This document shows, piece after piece, positions 19,431 to 28,798 of a stretch of 64,000 nucleotides of DNA. Origin of the DNA: Patescibacteria group bacterium (GTDB taxonomy: Bacteria; Patescibacteriota; CPR2; UBA1875); NCBI GenBank assembly GCA_041737595.1, contig JBGSRK010000009.1:56360-120359 (forward strand), given 5' to 3'. Position 1 is the first letter of the stretch; the number at the start of each line of letters is the position of its first letter. The notes under the pieces are model-generated. The model saw nothing but the letters and a program-made list of their open reading frames with translations. It had not been told where the DNA came from and did no database searches. The position numbers and the translations under genes are program-made.

Positions 19431-20717
19431 TTGCCTAAATATAAAACAATTAAACCTCCCAGAGGAATGCATGATCAATTTGAAGAAGATTTATTAAAAA
19501 TTGAATCAGTTATTTCTATAGCATCTGAGATTGCTAGATCATACGGATTTAAAAGAATAGAAACCCCCACTATTGAGTCAATCGAAGTTTTCACAAATAC
19601 TGGAGATAAGACGATTGATAAATGTTTTACATTTATGGATAAATCAAACCGCGAGATGATATTGAGACCAGATATAAATGCTCCAATCAGCCGCGCTATA
19701 GTAAATCATAGCTCATCTCAACCACTACCTCAAAAAATATTTTTCCATGGCAGCGTTTTCAGATATAGAAAATCATACCGACGTGAGTTTATTATGTTTG
19801 GGGTAGAGACATATGGGATTGCTGAGCCTATTGCAGACGCCGAAATACTTCGAGTAGTGGTTGATTTGATTAAAAGACTGGGTTTTAAAAAATATACGAT
19901 TGAATATAGTAATCTTTCAATATTTAGTAGGTTGATTAAATTTTTATCAAAGACAGACAAAGTTAATGTTAATGTAGAAGAGCTAATATATAAGCTTAGA
20001 TTTCATAATAAAAAAGAGCAAAAAAGTATTTTAAATAAAATAGGTTTCCAAAAAAAATCAGAAGAGCTAATCATGGATTTTCTATCTTGCCCAGAGGTGA
20101 ATAAAAACAGCTTTAATTTACTTAAAAAGGTAGCGGCTATGGATAAGTCTATAGAAATTGAAGCTCTGTCTGTTCTGAATTTCCGAGATGAACTCTTAAA
20201 ACAACAGTTATCAAATTGTATTTTTAAAATTTCAAATCTACATGGTGAATCATTTTACTCTGGTCTTACATATCGTTTATATTTATCAACAGAAATGGGA
20301 GATGGGGGAAGATATGACAATTTTACTCTTTTACTAGGGGGTTTATATATTCCAGCTACTGGGTTAGGTTTTGGTATTAGTAGATTAATTAGACTAGCAG
20401 AAGCAGAAAGTATATTAATCCCAATAAAAACAAACATAAAATATTTAGTTCGAATAGTAAGAGGCTCTGAAGAAACTGTACGACCTTATCTGAGATTACT
20501 TAGGAAACAAAATATTATTGTCAACGAAATCCCTGAAGACTATAAAGATGATCGGTTGATGCCATTTGCAATCAAAGGTGGTTATCACCGTATCTTTGTT
20601 ATAAAAAGTTTTAACAAAATAAGTGGACTTTATGAAGTTTGGTCAATAAATATAGTTGATGGAACTAATAAAAAATTTTCTACATATGGTCTAAAAGATA
20701 TATTTAATTGCTCATAA
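19431..20717 (+). CDS. divergent HisRS/HisZ-like paralogue
   Basis: PPRGMHD, IETPTIE, LRPD, VFRY..REF, GGRYD, GLGFGISRL; HisA loop degenerate (HGESFYSG); TTG start after AAGGAG. Confidence 0.8.
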   Translation: MPKYKTIKPPRGMHDQFEEDLLKIESVISIASEIARSYGFKRIETPTIESIEVFTNTGDKTIDKCFTFMDKSNREMILRPDINAPISRAIVNHSSSQPLPQKIFFHGSVFRYRKSYRREFIMFGVETYGIAEPIADAEILRVVVDLIKRLGFKKYTIEYSNLSIFSRLIKFLSKTDKVNVNVEELIYKLRFHNKKEQKSILNKIGFQKKSEELIMDFLSCPEVNKNSFNLLKKVAAMDKSIEIEALSVLNFRDELLKQQLSNCIFKISNLHGESFYSGLTYRLYLSTEMGDGGRYDNFTLLLGGLYIPATGLGFGISRLIRLAEAESILIPIKTNIKYLVRIVRGSEETVRPYLRLLRKQNIIVNEIPEDYKDDRLMPFAIKGGYHRIFVIKSFNKISGLYEVWSINIVDGTNKKFSTYGLKDIFNCS

Positions 20718-20890
20718 TATTAAAATGTGAAGACAAACCAGGTAATATTATATTTAGATCTTTTCCCCAAATTACAAACTTAGGCGATGCGAGTAACGCA
20801 GTGACTATCCAGAAAGATATAGAAATGAGATAAATAAAACATTATAAAAAGGGATAGTCTTTATGTTTCTTATATTTTTTAAGTATTAAA

Positions 20891-20930
20891 GGAAAGAAGC
20901 CACACCCCGCTGGGGTATGGCTTCAATTCC
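20891..20930 (-). terminator. hairpin downstream of purB
   Basis: GAAGCCACACCCC-GCT-GGGGTATGGCTTC stem. Confidence 0.6.
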
Positions 20931-20947
20931 GTTGTGTCTTATTCGAT

Positions 20948-22390
20948 CTAGATGGTCAGTGAGCCAAGAATTTCGGTCCACTGGCCGACAATGCGCTCGG
21001 TCGACTCAATCGAGAGACCAATATAGTTATGCGCCGGATCCTTGATAGTCGCAAGTTCAGAAGCGTTGAAAGTGTTGATATAGGTACGAAGCTTCTGACT
21101 TTGAAGTGCGAGGTCCTGGACCGAGACCCCTGTCTCTTTCGACTCGAGAGTCAAAAGACGAACAGCTTCATGCGCATCCGGATGACCGTGTTTGGCCAAA
21201 AGAATGTAGAGCTGCTCACCACATGAACCCTTTCTCATCTCGAGGTTGCGTTCCATGTTGCCAGTGTGAACCTGAAGCTTCTTCATCGTTTTTGTGATTT
21301 TGGTCACGACGATGTAGAGATAGCCCAGAATCTCACCATAAGTACGGCCGGATGCTGAGTTAGTTAGGTCACGTTGGTGCTCACAGATCTGATCAAGCTG
21401 GACCGTAACCCAGCGACCAACCAGAACCTTGTAGAGTGACTCCGCGTTTTCGAAGTTGATCGGGTTCTGCTTGTCGGGCATCGTTGATGACCCGACCTGA
21501 CCAGCTTCGAAAAATTCACCGACTTCGGCAATTTCTGTACGCTGCAGGTTCCGCATATCGCGTGAGAGTCCGGCAAGGAGTCCGGCGGTCTGTACGACCT
21601 CAAACAGTAGGTACTGAAGCGGTTCAGGTGGTGCGATCTGAGTTGAGATCGGCGCCGGGTTGACACCAAGTCGGCCAAGCACAAGACGCTCGAACTCACG
21701 AGGATCATCCACTAGAAGCGAGCTGGCATTGTACGCTCCAACTGCTCCAGAGAACTTCCCAACCAGACCGTTTTTGGCCTGGCAGAGTTTAAGAATCTTC
21801 TGACCAAGGGCGTCGACGTACTTTGAGATGGCATTGCCAAAGGTGATCGGAACGGCGTGTTGGCCGTGGGTTCGACCTACCTGAAGCTGAGCCTTCTCCC
21901 GGAGAGCAAGATCGATTAGGACCTTCTCGAGCTCGATCAGAGCCGGAAGAAGGACCTGTTCAGTCACTGCCTTGTAGCGCGCCACGTTGGCAGTATCGAT
22001 AATGTCGTACGAAGTGGCAGCAAGGTGGACGAATGGACGGGCTTCTGGACTTACTCGAGCCTGAATGCAGTTGACGACCGCTCGGATGTCATGCCGTGTC
22101 AGATCTTCCTCCTTGTACACCTCATCGGTCGTGATCTGCTTGCAAGCCTCAGTGACCTCATCAAGGACATCAGACGAACAAAGGCCAAGCTCTGCAAGAG
22201 TGGCAACAAGCGCACACTCTGCCTCGAGCTTGTAATCCGTGAAAGCATTCTCGGACAGGAACGGTACGAGCGGAATCACATCCTTCGCGTAACGAGTATC
22301 GATAGGAGCAATCCCATCCCAACGGTCATAAGTGACTTTTTCAGTAGGCTCCATGGCGATTATCTTCTCCTTTTTCAAAGGGCTGGACAC
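20948..22390 (-). CDS. purB: adenylosuccinate lyase (GC-rich gene)
   Basis: TRHD, HLAATSYD, GRTHGQHA, GAVGAY, GSSTMPDKQNP. Confidence 0.93.
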   Translation of the reverse strand: MSSPLKKEKIIAMEPTEKVTYDRWDGIAPIDTRYAKDVIPLVPFLSENAFTDYKLEAECALVATLAELGLCSSDVLDEVTEACKQITTDEVYKEEDLTRHDIRAVVNCIQARVSPEARPFVHLAATSYDIIDTANVARYKAVTEQVLLPALIELEKVLIDLALREKAQLQVGRTHGQHAVPITFGNAISKYVDALGQKILKLCQAKNGLVGKFSGAVGAYNASSLLVDDPREFERLVLGRLGVNPAPISTQIAPPEPLQYLLFEVVQTAGLLAGLSRDMRNLQRTEIAEVGEFFEAGQVGSSTMPDKQNPINFENAESLYKVLVGRWVTVQLDQICEHQRDLTNSASGRTYGEILGYLYIVVTKITKTMKKLQVHTGNMERNLEMRKGSCGEQLYILLAKHGHPDAHEAVRLLTLESKETGVSVQDLALQSQKLRTYINTFNASELATIKDPAHNYIGLSIESTERIVGQWTEILGSLTI

Positions 22391-22625
22391 AACGAGAATG
22401 TCGCTATTTTACTACCAAATAAGGGAAAGGTAAACGTGCTTTATATCCTAAATGTTCAAAAAACTTTATTTTTTTAAATCGATTTTAGTAAAAATAAAAA
22501 AATAGATAAAAAACATGAATTATTTACAGTAAACGATTGTTATGTTAATATACCCGCACGTGTAAGAAAGACAAACGTCAAGATCTACAGTTTCCTTCAA
22601 TAGAGAGGTAAGGTGAAAAGGCTCT

Positions 22626-23174
22626 ATGGCTGCAAACGTACCGCTTCTTAGTACCAAATGGCCCAACAAAGAGGCATATGTCGCGATTGTGCTCGGTAGC
22701 AAGAATGATTACAGCAAGATCGAAAAGTTGATCGAGATGATGGAGAAGTTCTCTATCCCCTACGTCATCGTCGTCATCTCGGCACACCGCAACAAGCAAA
22801 AACTCGACGAGTTCATCCAAGGATTATCTGCCACAAACGTTCGCTTTGTCGTAGCTGTCGCCGGTATGGCAGCAGCACTAGGTGGCGCAATTGCCGCGGA
22901 GACCTGTCTTCCAGTATTTGGCATCCCACTACCATCACCGAATGACCCCGATGGTATTGGTGCCAAATTCGCAACCAATGAGTTGCCTCCAGGCATCGCA
23001 CAAGTAGCAGTTCTGGCGGACAATGTCTCAGACAACAGCACACGAATCGTGAACTTGATTGCTCGAACTCTTGCGATCCTTGACCCCAACTATAAGGGGT
23101 TGAAAGAGTTCATGGCAAGTGCATCCGTCGAGAAGCCACCAGTCATTCCGTATGTTCCAAAGGAGGCGAGCTAG
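22626..23174 (+). CDS. purE: AIR carboxylase/N5-CAIR mutase (GC-rich gene)
   Basis: VAIVLGS..D, SAHR, AGMAAALGG, LPVFGIP, LPPG. Confidence 0.88.
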   Translation: MAANVPLLSTKWPNKEAYVAIVLGSKNDYSKIEKLIEMMEKFSIPYVIVVISAHRNKQKLDEFIQGLSATNVRFVVAVAGMAAALGGAIAAETCLPVFGIPLPSPNDPDGIGAKFATNELPPGIAQVAVLADNVSDNSTRIVNLIARTLAILDPNYKGLKEFMASASVEKPPVIPYVPKEAS

Positions 23175-24029
23175 ATGGCTCACAGAAGAGAAATCAACCG
23201 TGGCAAGACTAAGACGATCTACGAAGGCACCAAACTCGGAACTGTCCACGTTGTCAGTCGTGACGACATAACCGCTGGCGATGGCCAGCGTAAAGATCTG
23301 ATCCCGGGCAAGGGCCATCTTTCGACCGTCACTACCGCGAACATGTTCATGCTTCTTGCCGCACACGGCATCCCTACCCACTTCATGAGCATGATCAATG
23401 GGAATACGTTCAAAGCGAAGCAAGTCGACATGATCCCGCTCGAATGTGTCGCTCGGAGACTCGCTGTCGGTTCGTTCCTTGATCGTCAGCCCTCGTTCAA
23501 ATCCGATCCTCCTCACCGCTTCGAGGCGATTGTTACCGAGCTCTTCTACAAGAGCGACGCAGACAACGACCCGATCGTCGTTCCTCAGAGCAACGGTGAG
23601 CTCTGGATTCACGATGCACACAAGCCGATTACAGACGCAACCCACAAGGGTATGCTTTCACCGGTGGCGTATCATGTCCCACCGGAGAGCTACAACGGCA
23701 CTCAACTCGAACTCATCGAACAACTGCTCAAGATCACCGAACGAGTCTTTGAGATCCTTGAGCAGGCCTGGCGACAAATGGCGAACGCTAATCTCGTTGA
23801 TCTCAAGATCGAATTTGGGGTGACGAGTGATGGCGAGCTCATAGTTGCCGACGTTATCGATGCAGATTCATGGCGTCTCTGGCCAGACGGCGACCCGAAC
23901 CAGGCATGGGACAAGGACTACTACCGTCAGCATGCCGATGCTTCTCGCATTGAAGCTACTCTTCACAAGTACAATGAAGTAGCCAAGGCGAGTAACGTTG
24001 TTGCCACTTACCGAGACATGACATCCTAA
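23175..24029 (+). CDS. purC: SAICAR synthetase (GC-rich gene)
   Basis: GKTKTIY, DDITAGDG, IPTHF, MIPLECVAR, DLKIEFG, ADVIDADSWRLW, DKD. Confidence 0.95.
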   Translation: MAHRREINRGKTKTIYEGTKLGTVHVVSRDDITAGDGQRKDLIPGKGHLSTVTTANMFMLLAAHGIPTHFMSMINGNTFKAKQVDMIPLECVARRLAVGSFLDRQPSFKSDPPHRFEAIVTELFYKSDADNDPIVVPQSNGELWIHDAHKPITDATHKGMLSPVAYHVPPESYNGTQLELIEQLLKITERVFEILEQAWRQMANANLVDLKIEFGVTSDGELIVADVIDADSWRLWPDGDPNQAWDKDYYRQHADASRIEATLHKYNEVAKASNVVATYRDMTS

Positions 24030-24121
24030 CCCCCTTAAGGGGAGAAAGAACCTGAAGGTTCCCTCTCTCTGAGAGGGGGCCTTTATTTACAAAAAAGTGC
24101 TAAGCATATTAGTTGATTTGA

Positions 24122-24180
24122 GTCATTAATAGAAATAAGCTACTTAAAGTAGCTTATTCAAGGTGTGTTATATTTAGCGA
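24122..24180 (-). repeat. tRNA-Asp trailer/terminator repeat, copy B
   Basis: GTCATTAAT..AATAAGCTACT-TAA-AGTAGCTTATT..GTTATATTTAGCGA, colinear with 25251-25310. Confidence 0.75.
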
Positions 24181-24214
24181 ATTGGGGGGCAAGAGCTACA
24201 ATCATAATCACTTA

Positions 24215-25192
24215 CTATTGATGTAATATTCCTTCGGCTTGATCATAACATCCAACAAAAAACTTTTCGTTTTCATCTAAGGTATTGGGGTCTTTAGTTT
24301 TTGCTAAAGCCGAAGCTTCTGCGAAAAATTCTGCATAATATTCAGAAAATTCATACATAAATTTGTCAGTTTTTACTGGGTCTTGAGTCTCTAAACATTC
24401 TGAATATAGACTTTGTAAAGCCTTAACTCTAACTTGTAAATAAGGAGTAAACGGACAATCCATAAATGTTTGTATAAAATCATAGTTATAACAAAGATTC
24501 TCTTGTTCTTTAACATATAATAAACTACCGAACTGAGTTCTTTCAGGTACATCATCTCTTACTGATAAATCGTCGTTCAAGAAGACTGAACTATAAACAA
24601 AATGACCTACTTCATGTCCTAAAAGATATAAAAGTAATGCCCTATCCTTATCAGGAGCTGACTCAACATAGTCAGGCAGTTCATAAGGGTAATCATAAAA
24701 ATCAAAGATTTCAATGGATCCATATTCAGTATCGCTTTTGCTCCAATGGGAAGCAGCTCTAACTCTTAACCACTCATTAGCAGCGGGCAAAGTTCCTCTA
24801 TCTTTTGCTCCATTATATTCTTTTCTAGTATAAATTTTTGGTTTAATCTTGTCCGTATCATTACCTGGTTCTTCGCTGCTTATTTTATAGAACCTAATTT
24901 CATCAACTAAATTAATTGATGTTAAACCTATTTTCTCAAGTTCAGAAACTCTATAGTTTCGAGCCAGAAATTCAATAATTGAACCAGTATATTCGGGATT
25001 TTCTTCCCCACCAATTATTTCAATATAACCACGCATTTCGTCTAGTCTTTCAGCACTTATCTGATCGTGAGCTTCCTGATAGTCACAAGCATCAATAGGT
25101 GCATCTGGAAAATTACAAAAAATTTTTGCACGTTCTTGGACTTCCATTCCCTCTTTTTCAGCTGTAGCTTTATTTAACGGTATATTTTCCAT
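24215..25192 (-). CDS. acidic hypothetical protein with zincin-like HExxH motif
   Basis: LLGHEVGHFV and downstream EFFAEA. Confidence 0.6.
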   Translation of the reverse strand: MENIPLNKATAEKEGMEVQERAKIFCNFPDAPIDACDYQEAHDQISAERLDEMRGYIEIIGGEENPEYTGSIIEFLARNYRVSELEKIGLTSINLVDEIRFYKISSEEPGNDTDKIKPKIYTRKEYNGAKDRGTLPAANEWLRVRAASHWSKSDTEYGSIEIFDFYDYPYELPDYVESAPDKDRALLLYLLGHEVGHFVYSSVFLNDDLSVRDDVPERTQFGSLLYVKEQENLCYNYDFIQTFMDCPFTPYLQVRVKALQSLYSECLETQDPVKTDKFMYEFSEYYAEFFAEASALAKTKDPNTLDENEKFFVGCYDQAEGILHQ

Positions 25193-25250
25193 ATTTGACC
25201 TTCTATCTACCTTTTATCGCATTATTAGATTAACAAATTAAGATTATTTT

Positions 25251-25310
25251 GTCATTAATTTAATAAGCTGACTTTATGTCAGCTTATTAAATATACGTTC
25301 CATTTGGCGA
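25251..25310 (-). repeat. tRNA-Asp trailer/terminator repeat, copy C (native position, overlaps tRNA 3' end)
   Basis: GTCATTAAT..TAATAAGCTGAC-TTTAT-GTCAGCTTATTA..TATACGTTCCATTTGGCGA. Confidence 0.8.
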
Positions 25311-25381
25311 TCCAGATGGGACTCGAACCCACGACCTCCGCCGTGACAGGGCGGCGCTCTAACCAGCTGAGCTACTGGACC
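25305..25381 (-). tRNA. tRNA-Asp(GTC)
   Basis: GGTCCAG..CCGCC-CTGTCAC-GGCGG..GTTCGAGTC..CTGGATCGCCA cloverleaf. Confidence 0.97.
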
Positions 25382-25469
25382 GTATAAAAAAAGTCACCTT
25401 TCGATGACATAAAATCGCTGTCACCGATTACGAATATTATAGCAAAAATAAAAGAAATATCAATAGTAA

Positions 25470-26456
25470 CTAGCTCTTCAGTAGATTAATGATTAGTTTA
25501 ATTAGAATATCTTTTTCTTTTGGGTCACTTGAGGCTGTAAGAATCGCGAGTGCAACAAGCGTATTATCATTTATTTTCCGCTCACCATCTTTGCGATACA
25601 AATATTTATTCTTTTCAAGAAAATAGACAAACAAAATTGATGCGATACGTTTATTACCATCGAAAAAAGCATGGTCTTTTGTGACTAAATAAAGCAGGTT
25701 GGCTGCCTTACTTTCTATAGAATTGTATAAATCGATTCCATCAAAGGTTTGATATATGCTCCCAATTACTGATTTAAATTTATGCTCAATTTCTGAACCA
25801 AAAAATGAACCAGCTTCATTTGTTGTAAGTAAATTTTGTTTTAAACTCCCGACAATATTAATAGCCGATTCATAGGTCAACTCAAACGACGGGATAATGC
25901 CTTTTGTCACTCTTAGTTTCTTTGAGTCATACCTGCCAAGAATTGAGATTGAGCTGGAATAATATTCCAAAACAGAAAAAAGTTCTTGTTCCTGACCTAA
26001 AAGATCTTCGGTTTTGGCACTTTTGCTCAGAAAATTTACAGTGTCCTTTAATTCTTGTAACTTATTTTGACTTTCTACAAGTAATTTTTGATTTACAACA
26101 TGCCCCTGAAGTAAATATTGTTTTAGCACATTGTTAGCCCAGATTCTAAATTGCGTTCCCTGAATTGAATTAACCCGATAACCTACAGAAATAGTGACGT
26201 CTAGGCTATAATAATCAACCTGATATACCTTACCATCAGCGGCAGTTGTTGCATATTTTGCAACAACTGATTTTCTTTCTAGTTCTTTTTCATTAAATAT
26301 ATTCTTTAGGTGACGTGAAATAACCGATTTATCGCGGTGAAAAAGTTCTGCTATTTGATCAAGTGAAAGCCACAGGGTTTCTTTTTCTAACTTAACCTCA
26401 AACTGAGTTTGGCCTGTTTTATCTTTATAAATAACTAACTTTTGTGTTTTTACCAT
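25470..26456 (-). CDS. RhuM-like N-terminal domain fused to Fic/Doc domain
   Basis: ETLWLSLDQIAELF, ISVGYRVNS..GTQFRIWA; HAFFDGNKRIA. Confidence 0.88.
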   Translation of the reverse strand: MVKTQKLVIYKDKTGQTQFEVKLEKETLWLSLDQIAELFHRDKSVISRHLKNIFNEKELERKSVVAKYATTAADGKVYQVDYYSLDVTISVGYRVNSIQGTQFRIWANNVLKQYLLQGHVVNQKLLVESQNKLQELKDTVNFLSKSAKTEDLLGQEQELFSVLEYYSSSISILGRYDSKKLRVTKGIIPSFELTYESAINIVGSLKQNLLTTNEAGSFFGSEIEHKFKSVIGSIYQTFDGIDLYNSIESKAANLLYLVTKDHAFFDGNKRIASILFVYFLEKNKYLYRKDGERKINDNTLVALAILTASSDPKEKDILIKLIINLLKS

Positions 26457-26530
26457 ACCTTAATCATAAGTATTATAAATATAAAAACAAGTATACAAAG
26501 CTTATGTTTTTTTATAGTATTAAAGTACTT

Positions 26531-27958
26531 ATGTTACACCCATCCCGAATTTTTGTTTTGTATCTTTCTCTGTTCTTGGTTTCTGTCTGTTATTTTATAT
26601 TCCATCCAATATTTATCGATAAGATATATTTAATTCCTATCTTAATAATACTTTTGGCGTTTTGGAGAATTAAATTTATTAGATACGTATATTTGTTATT
26701 ATTTGTTATTTTACTTGCCTGTATTCGAACTTTTCCTTATGCCCAATCTCCCGATCTAAATATTTACAAAGATAAATTAATTAGTGGATATATCTCATCT
26801 GAGCCATACATAGTAGATTCAAAACAAAAATTTACTCTTACTCTTACAGGGTCCCACCCTGTCAAACCTAAAATTGAAATCGCCACCAATCAATCTCCTA
26901 AATATAAATTTGGTGATGAAATTAAAATCGACGGTAAATTATCGAACGAGTATCTAAATTCATCCCACAAGTCCAAGAATATTTTTGCCAGAATGTCTTA
27001 CCCAGATATTAAAGTTACTGGGGAATCGAAACTTCTCTACATCGGAGTAGAGAAGTATCTGCTTAAAATAAAAAACTTTTTTAAAGACAGAATATCTATG
27101 ATTTTACCGGAACCACATTCCGGGCTCGTAAATGGCATACTTTTAGGTGAACGTTCAAATATTTCTGATAGTCTTAAAACTTCACTTTCAAGAACTGGGA
27201 CAACTCATATTATTGCTCTTTCAGGTTTTAATATTACAATTGTCGCTATTTTTTTAGGATTTTTAACCTCTGGTTTATCAAGAAAATCTTCGGTCATTAT
27301 AAGTATTATTGGGATATTTTGTTTTGTGTGTGCAACTGGATTTTCCTCTTCTGCAATCCGGGCCGGTATAATGGGAACATTACTTGTTCTTTCTAAAATT
27401 TTTGGTAGAAAATCTGATGGGATTATAGCAATTATTTTTGCATGCGTAGTAATGACTTTTTTAAATCCAATGATACTTTTATATGATATTGGGTTCCAAC
27501 TTTCATTTTCTGCTGCGTGTGGAATTATCTTTTTTTACCCTAAAATTGAACATTATTTTAATATTTTTGGAAAAACTATGTCCCAAAACATCGCAGCGAC
27601 TATATCGGCTATTTTATTTACCTGGCCAATAACTAGTTATTATTTTGAAGTATTTTCTTTGGTTGCACTTTTTACAAATATTTTAATACTTCCATTTATA
27701 GAATGGCTGATGTTTTTTGGATTTATATCAGTTTTTATTTCGTATATTTCTAAGGGATTAACGGATATTTTTATATATATTTGTTGGGGGATGTCTTCAT
27801 ATATATTTAAAGTAATTGAAACATTTTCAAAAATTAATTGGGCAGTTTTGGATTTAAAAATAAATTCATGGATATTTTTAATTGGGTACTTTTTAGTCGT
27901 ATTTGAAATAATATATATCTTGGGGAATATAAAATATGCAAAAACAAAAAATATTTGA
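26531..27958 (+). CDS. comEC: ComEC/Rec2 competence channel, membrane part
   Basis: GILLGE, GTTHIIALSGFNI, SAIRAGIM, DIGFQLSF; start moved to 26531 to avoid overlap. Confidence 0.9.
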   Translation: MLHPSRIFVLYLSLFLVSVCYFIFHPIFIDKIYLIPILIILLAFWRIKFIRYVYLLLFVILLACIRTFPYAQSPDLNIYKDKLISGYISSEPYIVDSKQKFTLTLTGSHPVKPKIEIATNQSPKYKFGDEIKIDGKLSNEYLNSSHKSKNIFARMSYPDIKVTGESKLLYIGVEKYLLKIKNFFKDRISMILPEPHSGLVNGILLGERSNISDSLKTSLSRTGTTHIIALSGFNITIVAIFLGFLTSGLSRKSSVIISIIGIFCFVCATGFSSSAIRAGIMGTLLVLSKIFGRKSDGIIAIIFACVVMTFLNPMILLYDIGFQLSFSAACGIIFFYPKIEHYFNIFGKTMSQNIAATISAILFTWPITSYYFEVFSLVALFTNILILPFIEWLMFFGFISVFISYISKGLTDIFIYICWGMSSYIFKVIETFSKINWAVLDLKINSWIFLIGYFLVVFEIIYILGNIKYAKTKNI

Positions 27959-28781
27959 AAAATTTATTGTAGCTATATTTATCGCAGGTCTGTTTTTTTT
28001 AGGTCTAGATATTTACAGCAAATCAGAGAGTGATATATACCCAGTTGAAGTAACGTTTTTTGATGTAGGGCAAGGGGATGCATCAATGATAAAGGTAGGG
28101 AAAGATAAAGAACTTTTAATAGATGCTGGGCCAAATAGAAAAATTAGTGAAGAATTAGGAAAATATTTAATACCAACTGATAATGAAATTGAGGCGGTGA
28201 TAATTTCACATATGCATGCTGATCATATTTCTGGTCTTAATTATCTTATTAAAGAAAGAAAAATAAATGAAATATTTATTTCGGATCCGGATTATTCTGC
28301 GCCTGATGCGGTTGAATTAATATCAAATATTAAGAAATTCAACATAAAAGTAACTAAAATAGAAAGAGGTACACATATAGATTTTTATGGTGTAAATATT
28401 AATACTTTGTGGCCGGAAAGTGGTTATCTAAGTAATGATCTAAATAATAATTCAGTAATATTTACTGCAAATTTTGGGGGATGTAACTACTTTTTCCCTG
28501 GAGATGCATCAGCGGAAATACAGGAAGGGGTAATTAATAATATAGAAAAAATTAATATTTTAAAAGTTTCACACCATGGTTCTAAAACTGGAACATCAGA
28601 AAATATTATTAAAAATTTAAATCCAGATTATATAATTATTTCCGTTGGGAAAAATAATCAATACCGCCACCCATCAAAATTTACTACTAATTTATTATTA
28701 CCTTACAAAACATTTAGAACAGATATAAATGGCACTATAAAATTTGGTTGTGATGGAAAAAACAATTTACTTATTCCATAA
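27936..28781 (+). CDS. ComEC-type metallo-beta-lactamase-fold protein (split from ComEC)
   Basis: FDVGQGD, SHMHADHISG, KVSHHGS, SVGKNNQYRHP, RTD. Confidence 0.9.
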   Translation: MQKQKIFEKFIVAIFIAGLFFLGLDIYSKSESDIYPVEVTFFDVGQGDASMIKVGKDKELLIDAGPNRKISEELGKYLIPTDNEIEAVIISHMHADHISGLNYLIKERKINEIFISDPDYSAPDAVELISNIKKFNIKVTKIERGTHIDFYGVNINTLWPESGYLSNDLNNNSVIFTANFGGCNYFFPGDASAEIQEGVINNIEKINILKVSHHGSKTGTSENIIKNLNPDYIIISVGKNNQYRHPSKFTTNLLLPYKTFRTDINGTIKFGCDGKNNLLIP

Positions 28782-28798
28782 TCTGCTATAATTAAAAT

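Noticed and set aside
22480-22625. Purine or ZMP riboswitch upstream of purE or purB
   Set aside because: No recognisable consensus blocks found by eye
14327-23914. Many overlapping or antisense ORFs of 60-205 aa within hisS, purB, purE and purC
   Set aside because: Expected shadow ORFs in GC-rich coding DNA; no motifs and they overlap well-supported genes
23987-23997. GGCGAGTAACG inside purC resembling the island-end repeat
   Set aside because: Short partial match within a coding sequence; probably chance
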